Source: Candidatus Bathyarchaeota archaeon (GTDB taxonomy: Archaea > Thermoproteota > Bathyarchaeia > Bathyarchaeales > Bathycorpusculaceae). Taken from it: a stretch of DNA of 64,000 nucleotides. Where the stretch lies: contig CAWGYA010000008.1 in assembly GCA_963826715.1 (NCBI GenBank), positions 864,001 to 928,000 on the forward strand, given 5' to 3'. A program made the position numbers and the translations under genes. The notes beneath the pieces are model-generated. The model was not told where the DNA came from and searched no databases. It saw only the letters and a list, made by a program, of their open reading frames with translations. Positions within the stretch are counted from its first letter, which is position 1; every line of letters starts with the position of its first letter. Positions 61,020 to 64,000 of the stretch are shown here, piece after piece.

Positions 61020-61136
61020 TTTAATTGAATTATTGATTAGTTTCGTGACTTTGATTATGGAGCAATAGCTCTTTTTTCCATTTAAGGTGGGCGGTGCTTG
61101 TACTATATTTTCGCAAATTGTTATTTAGGTTCTTTG

Positions 61137-61379
61137 TCAGAGTTCTTCAAGAGTAATTTCGCTTATTACTTCCGAATACTCTTTTCCGTCAATTCTATTT
61201 CTTTGAAGGAGCTTACGAAAGAAATCATCTATCTCTTTGGCCTTAACCCACTCATTCTCCAAAAATTCGTCTAATGTGCCAGTGAAAGTAAGCCCATTTA
61301 TCGAAACAACTGTATAGGTTCCGTCGCCATTTTGTATTATCTTTTTCCACTGACTTATGACAGGTTCCCCAATATCCAG
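61137..61379 (-). CDS. Possible 80-aa hypothetical protein with no canonical start codon
   Basis: Open frame LDIGEPVISQWKKIIQNGDGTYTVV...ITLEEL-stop with protein-like composition. Confidence 0.3.
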   Translation of the reverse strand: MDIGEPVISQWKKIIQNGDGTYTVVSINGLTFTGTLDEFLENEWVKAKEIDDFFRKLLQRNRIDGKEYSEVISEITLEEL

Positions 61380-61440
61380 GATATATCAAGGTCTATTCAA
61401 AAATTGCCCTAACTGGATTAAACAAACCCTAGCTTAATTT

Positions 61441-61498
61441 TGGATAGCGATGGATTTGAACTCATGCCAAAGTGGAGATGTCATCCGCATTTCCCTTT
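61441..61498 (-). repeat. More decayed att-like tRNA 3'-end repeat, copy 2
   Basis: Plus strand GGATTTGAAC (reverse complement of the T-loop GTTCAAATCC) followed by TGGAGA..TCA.CCGCA.TTCCCTTT as in copy 1. Confidence 0.6.
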
Positions 61499-61546
61499 TT
61501 TTGAGCTTAGTTTAAAGTTACTTATTTCAATGAATCAACTTGAAAA

Positions 61547-62029
61547 TTAAGAATGGGGTTTTCTTTCTCTTTGTCTTTTAATGCCGATATTTAGTGGTGG
61601 TTTATCCTGATACTCCATTACATAATACTGAATACACTTTGTCTCACGATTGTCAGCTTCTTTTGCACTGCTTAATTCAGTCCAATATACTCTTATGTTC
61701 TTGGCGTTCAGTTTAATTGTATCGGGAAAGTGGTTATCGCGGAAATACCTTCGAAAATTCCAGCCCTCTGAGTGACTATTTCGGTATAAACTCTCATCAA
61801 ATACGTCCCTATGAAATTGCCTTATTCTTCTGTTAAGATTTACCGCTTTGCCGATGCATAATATTCCATCGCTATCTTCTTTTCCATTCAACCTTGGAAA
61901 ACACTTTGGTTTGCCATTTTCTATGTAAATCAGCACGTAGACACCTGAACTTCTTGGAATTTTCTTCAATGATTCCAAGTCTGCGATTTCAGCAGTTTCA
62001 TAATTTATGAGTATTTCATCAAATATCAT
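61547..62029 (-). CDS. GIY-YIG-like nuclease
   Basis: SGVYVL...LCIGKAVNLNRRI...E...PPLN. Confidence 0.75.
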   Translation of the reverse strand: MIFDEILINYETAEIADLESLKKIPRSSGVYVLIYIENGKPKCFPRLNGKEDSDGILCIGKAVNLNRRIRQFHRDVFDESLYRNSHSEGWNFRRYFRDNHFPDTIKLNAKNIRVYWTELSSAKEADNRETKCIQYYVMEYQDKPPLNIGIKRQRERKPHS

Positions 62030-62050
62030 TGTTTAACACCCTCAAATCCG

Positions 62051-62593
62051 TTAGGTGCAAATGGCGATTCCTTTTGTTAACTCTTCAAGTTCCGATAGTT
62101 CATCGTTTGTAAGTAATCTATAAGTTGTTATCCTACTGTTCTTTAGAGGCAATAGATTGTTTATTGAAGTTTCCAATTGCTTCCACTGTACAATTTTCTT
62201 GGTTTTTCCCTTGGCAAGTTTTGATGTATCTAAAATCTGAATGAAGGTGACGTTTTCATCCATTTCAATCGGTTCATTATTTTTTACGTAATGGATGAAG
62301 TACTTAGCCAATGCTGATGTGAGAAATTTTCCACAAACCTGCGTAGGCTTAACGTTTGACTCTTCAATTTCGACAATTAGCCTAATCTTATCATGTTTAA
62401 GTATCATCATGTCAACGTTACAAAATTCGTTTTCTTTGCTTTTTACAGGGTTGTAAAATAGTGGAATGTGTTGTTTTCCGTCGCAAGCTGGGTCTCGAAG
62501 AAGGGTAAGGTTTGGGTATTTTGAAACAAATTCTTGGAAAGCTCTTCCGATTTTCTTGTGGATAATATTTGCTTCCTTCGGCATAACGGTCAT
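62051..62593 (-). CDS. Putative PD-(D/E)xK-fold protein
   Basis: N-terminal H, then VDMMIL...IVEIEES. Confidence 0.5.
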   Translation of the reverse strand: MTVMPKEANIIHKKIGRAFQEFVSKYPNLTLLRDPACDGKQHIPLFYNPVKSKENEFCNVDMMILKHDKIRLIVEIEESNVKPTQVCGKFLTSALAKYFIHYVKNNEPIEMDENVTFIQILDTSKLAKGKTKKIVQWKQLETSINNLLPLKNSRITTYRLLTNDELSELEELTKGIAICT

Positions 62594-62595
62594 GA

Positions 62596-63954
62596 CTAAT
62601 TCTCCAATACATACTCTTTTTCATGTTCAATCGTTTGCATGTTGCTGCAAAGAGTTTTGAATAGCTTCTGATTTTCTGTATGGACCGGAAAAGCTCGCTT
62701 GGGCTTAATTTCGTTTACCATTTCCACCAATTGTTCTTTACTCATGTGTCCCGAAGCGTGAACTTGATGGAAGTTCATTTTGAAGTGATTTAGCCAGTTG
62801 TGCATGACTTGGTCTTCGATGTCTTCTTCGCTAAAAGGTTCACTCATGCTATGGATGAATTCGCTTCCAGCTTTCGGCTTTATGTCGATTAATTCGGTGA
62901 ACTGGAAAAAGTCGAGATCCATTATTATTTTGCCTTGATTCTTGCGAACATACTTACAATCAACCATCTTATCCATGAATTTGCGTTCCCAAGGGAAATA
63001 GTCTTTCTCGCTGTATGTTCCTGACTTCTTTTTCTTATAATACACACGAATACAGTCATCTTTGAGCGGGTCTGGAACATCTAAATGCTCGTCACTGAGC
63101 AACTTGGTTAGCAGATAGGCAGTCTTGGGCGTTATGACCATTTTTCTATTATTATTTTTAGCCACTTCGTAGAAACTCTTGAACCTGTCAATGTCTCGGC
63201 TGGCATGCATGGTGAAGACTGCCTTGTCGGTTGCCTTTACGATTTTGTCGCTTATCTGTGCGACTTGCGGCTCAGAGTAGTTCTGTCGTGTTTCTCTTTC
63301 AGCCATTCTGGTTCCCTCGCAGATTAGTGCCTTAGGCTCCGCTTCTTTGGCTTTTTCGATAAAGTTTTCAGTTAGGTCTTTTCTGGGTCCGTGACGCCGT
63401 AAGTCGCCTGTATAGACGATTGTGCCTTCGGAGGCGTGAATAATAAAGCCATATGCAGCTGGAATTGAATGGTCAACCGCAATCGGCTCGACGGTCAAAT
63501 TGCCAATTTTGATTTTATGCCCTGTTCTAAACTTATTGCAAATATGTTCGCCGTAATCTGCAAAGTAACCTGTCTCCTCCATCGACTCCATAAACAGTTT
63601 CGCCCCAACGCCCATACAGACCGGAATACTTGGATCCAAAAACTCAATATGAGTTACGTGGTCAAAATGCGCATGTGAAAGAAAAACACAATCGATTTCA
63701 GGATCAGTATAAGGCAAGTTTGTTGAAGCAAGCATTTCCTTTGAATACAGACCGCTCCGCTTTGGAAGAAGACCAAACTCGAAGTAATCGCCTAAACCAT
63801 TAAGGCCTCTTGGTTGAAGCCAGTTAGTGAAAAACTCTGAGCCAAAAGTGAATGACTGCCCAAAGTCAAGAAAAATTTTGGTACCCTTGTCTTCCAAAAG
63901 TATCTTGTTGCCGCCAATCTCGTTGACGCCGCCATAGAATGTTAACTTAACGAT
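62596..63954 (-). CDS. Metallo-beta-lactamase/beta-CASP nuclease (RNase J-like)
   Basis: HAHFDH, VDHS, TGDLRRHG, HASGH, PVH; the conserved N-terminus VKLTFYGGVNEIGGNK extends upstream of the ORF-track start. Confidence 0.88.
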   Translation of the reverse strand: MVKLTFYGGVNEIGGNKILLEDKGTKIFLDFGQSFTFGSEFFTNWLQPRGLNGLGDYFEFGLLPKRSGLYSKEMLASTNLPYTDPEIDCVFLSHAHFDHVTHIEFLDPSIPVCMGVGAKLFMESMEETGYFADYGEHICNKFRTGHKIKIGNLTVEPIAVDHSIPAAYGFIIHASEGTIVYTGDLRRHGPRKDLTENFIEKAKEAEPKALICEGTRMAERETRQNYSEPQVAQISDKIVKATDKAVFTMHASRDIDRFKSFYEVAKNNNRKMVITPKTAYLLTKLLSDEHLDVPDPLKDDCIRVYYKKKKSGTYSEKDYFPWERKFMDKMVDCKYVRKNQGKIIMDLDFFQFTELIDIKPKAGSEFIHSMSEPFSEEDIEDQVMHNWLNHFKMNFHQVHASGHMSKEQLVEMVNEIKPKRAFPVHTENQKLFKTLCSNMQTIEHEKEYVLEN

Positions 63955-64000
63955 GATTAACGCTGCTTAGACATAAGTCAGCGATATCAGCTTATAGAAT

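Noticed and set aside
1-64000. CRISPR array, rRNA, intact tRNA, cobalamin riboswitch
   Set aside because: No regularly spaced repeats, complete cloverleaf or B12-box-like sequence was seen by eye; only tRNA 3'-end remnants. A covariance-model scan would be needed to exclude them fully.
53100-64000. Complete provirus
   Set aside because: Apart from the terminase, no portal, capsid, tail, integrase or replication gene is recognisable

Overview
Archaeal chromosome segment, most consistent with Bathyarchaeia. This is inferred from archaeal BRE/TATA promoters, a GPN-loop GTPase, TrmB, a stand-alone MtrH, membrane-anchored PQQ-type beta-propeller proteins and frequent TTG starts. Roughly 1-50 kb is a corrinoid/SAM-rich region. 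It holds seven B12-binding (class B) radical SAM genes, two radical SAM/SPASM genes, a HemN-like enzyme, two class I methyltransferases and a bacterial-type MetK. It also holds cobinamide salvage genes (cbiZ, cbiB, cobD), a corrinoid protein-MtrH pair, an orphan rnfD-rnfC pair, and two paralogous CxCxxC proteins flanking cbiZ and a ferredoxin. At 50-53 kb there is a glycosyltransferase operon with several frameshifts. From 53 to 64 kb is an accessory hotspot: an MNT-HEPN cassette bracketed by a duplicated gene end, an orphan HTH-terminase, and two related degenerate tRNA 3'-end (att-like) repeats. The repeats delimit candidate defence modules, a nuclease-NACHT plus HAD pair and an MBL/PD-(D/E)xK/GIY-YIG triplet. 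No intact rRNA, tRNA or CRISPR array was seen. All calls come from motif reading only; no database searches were run.
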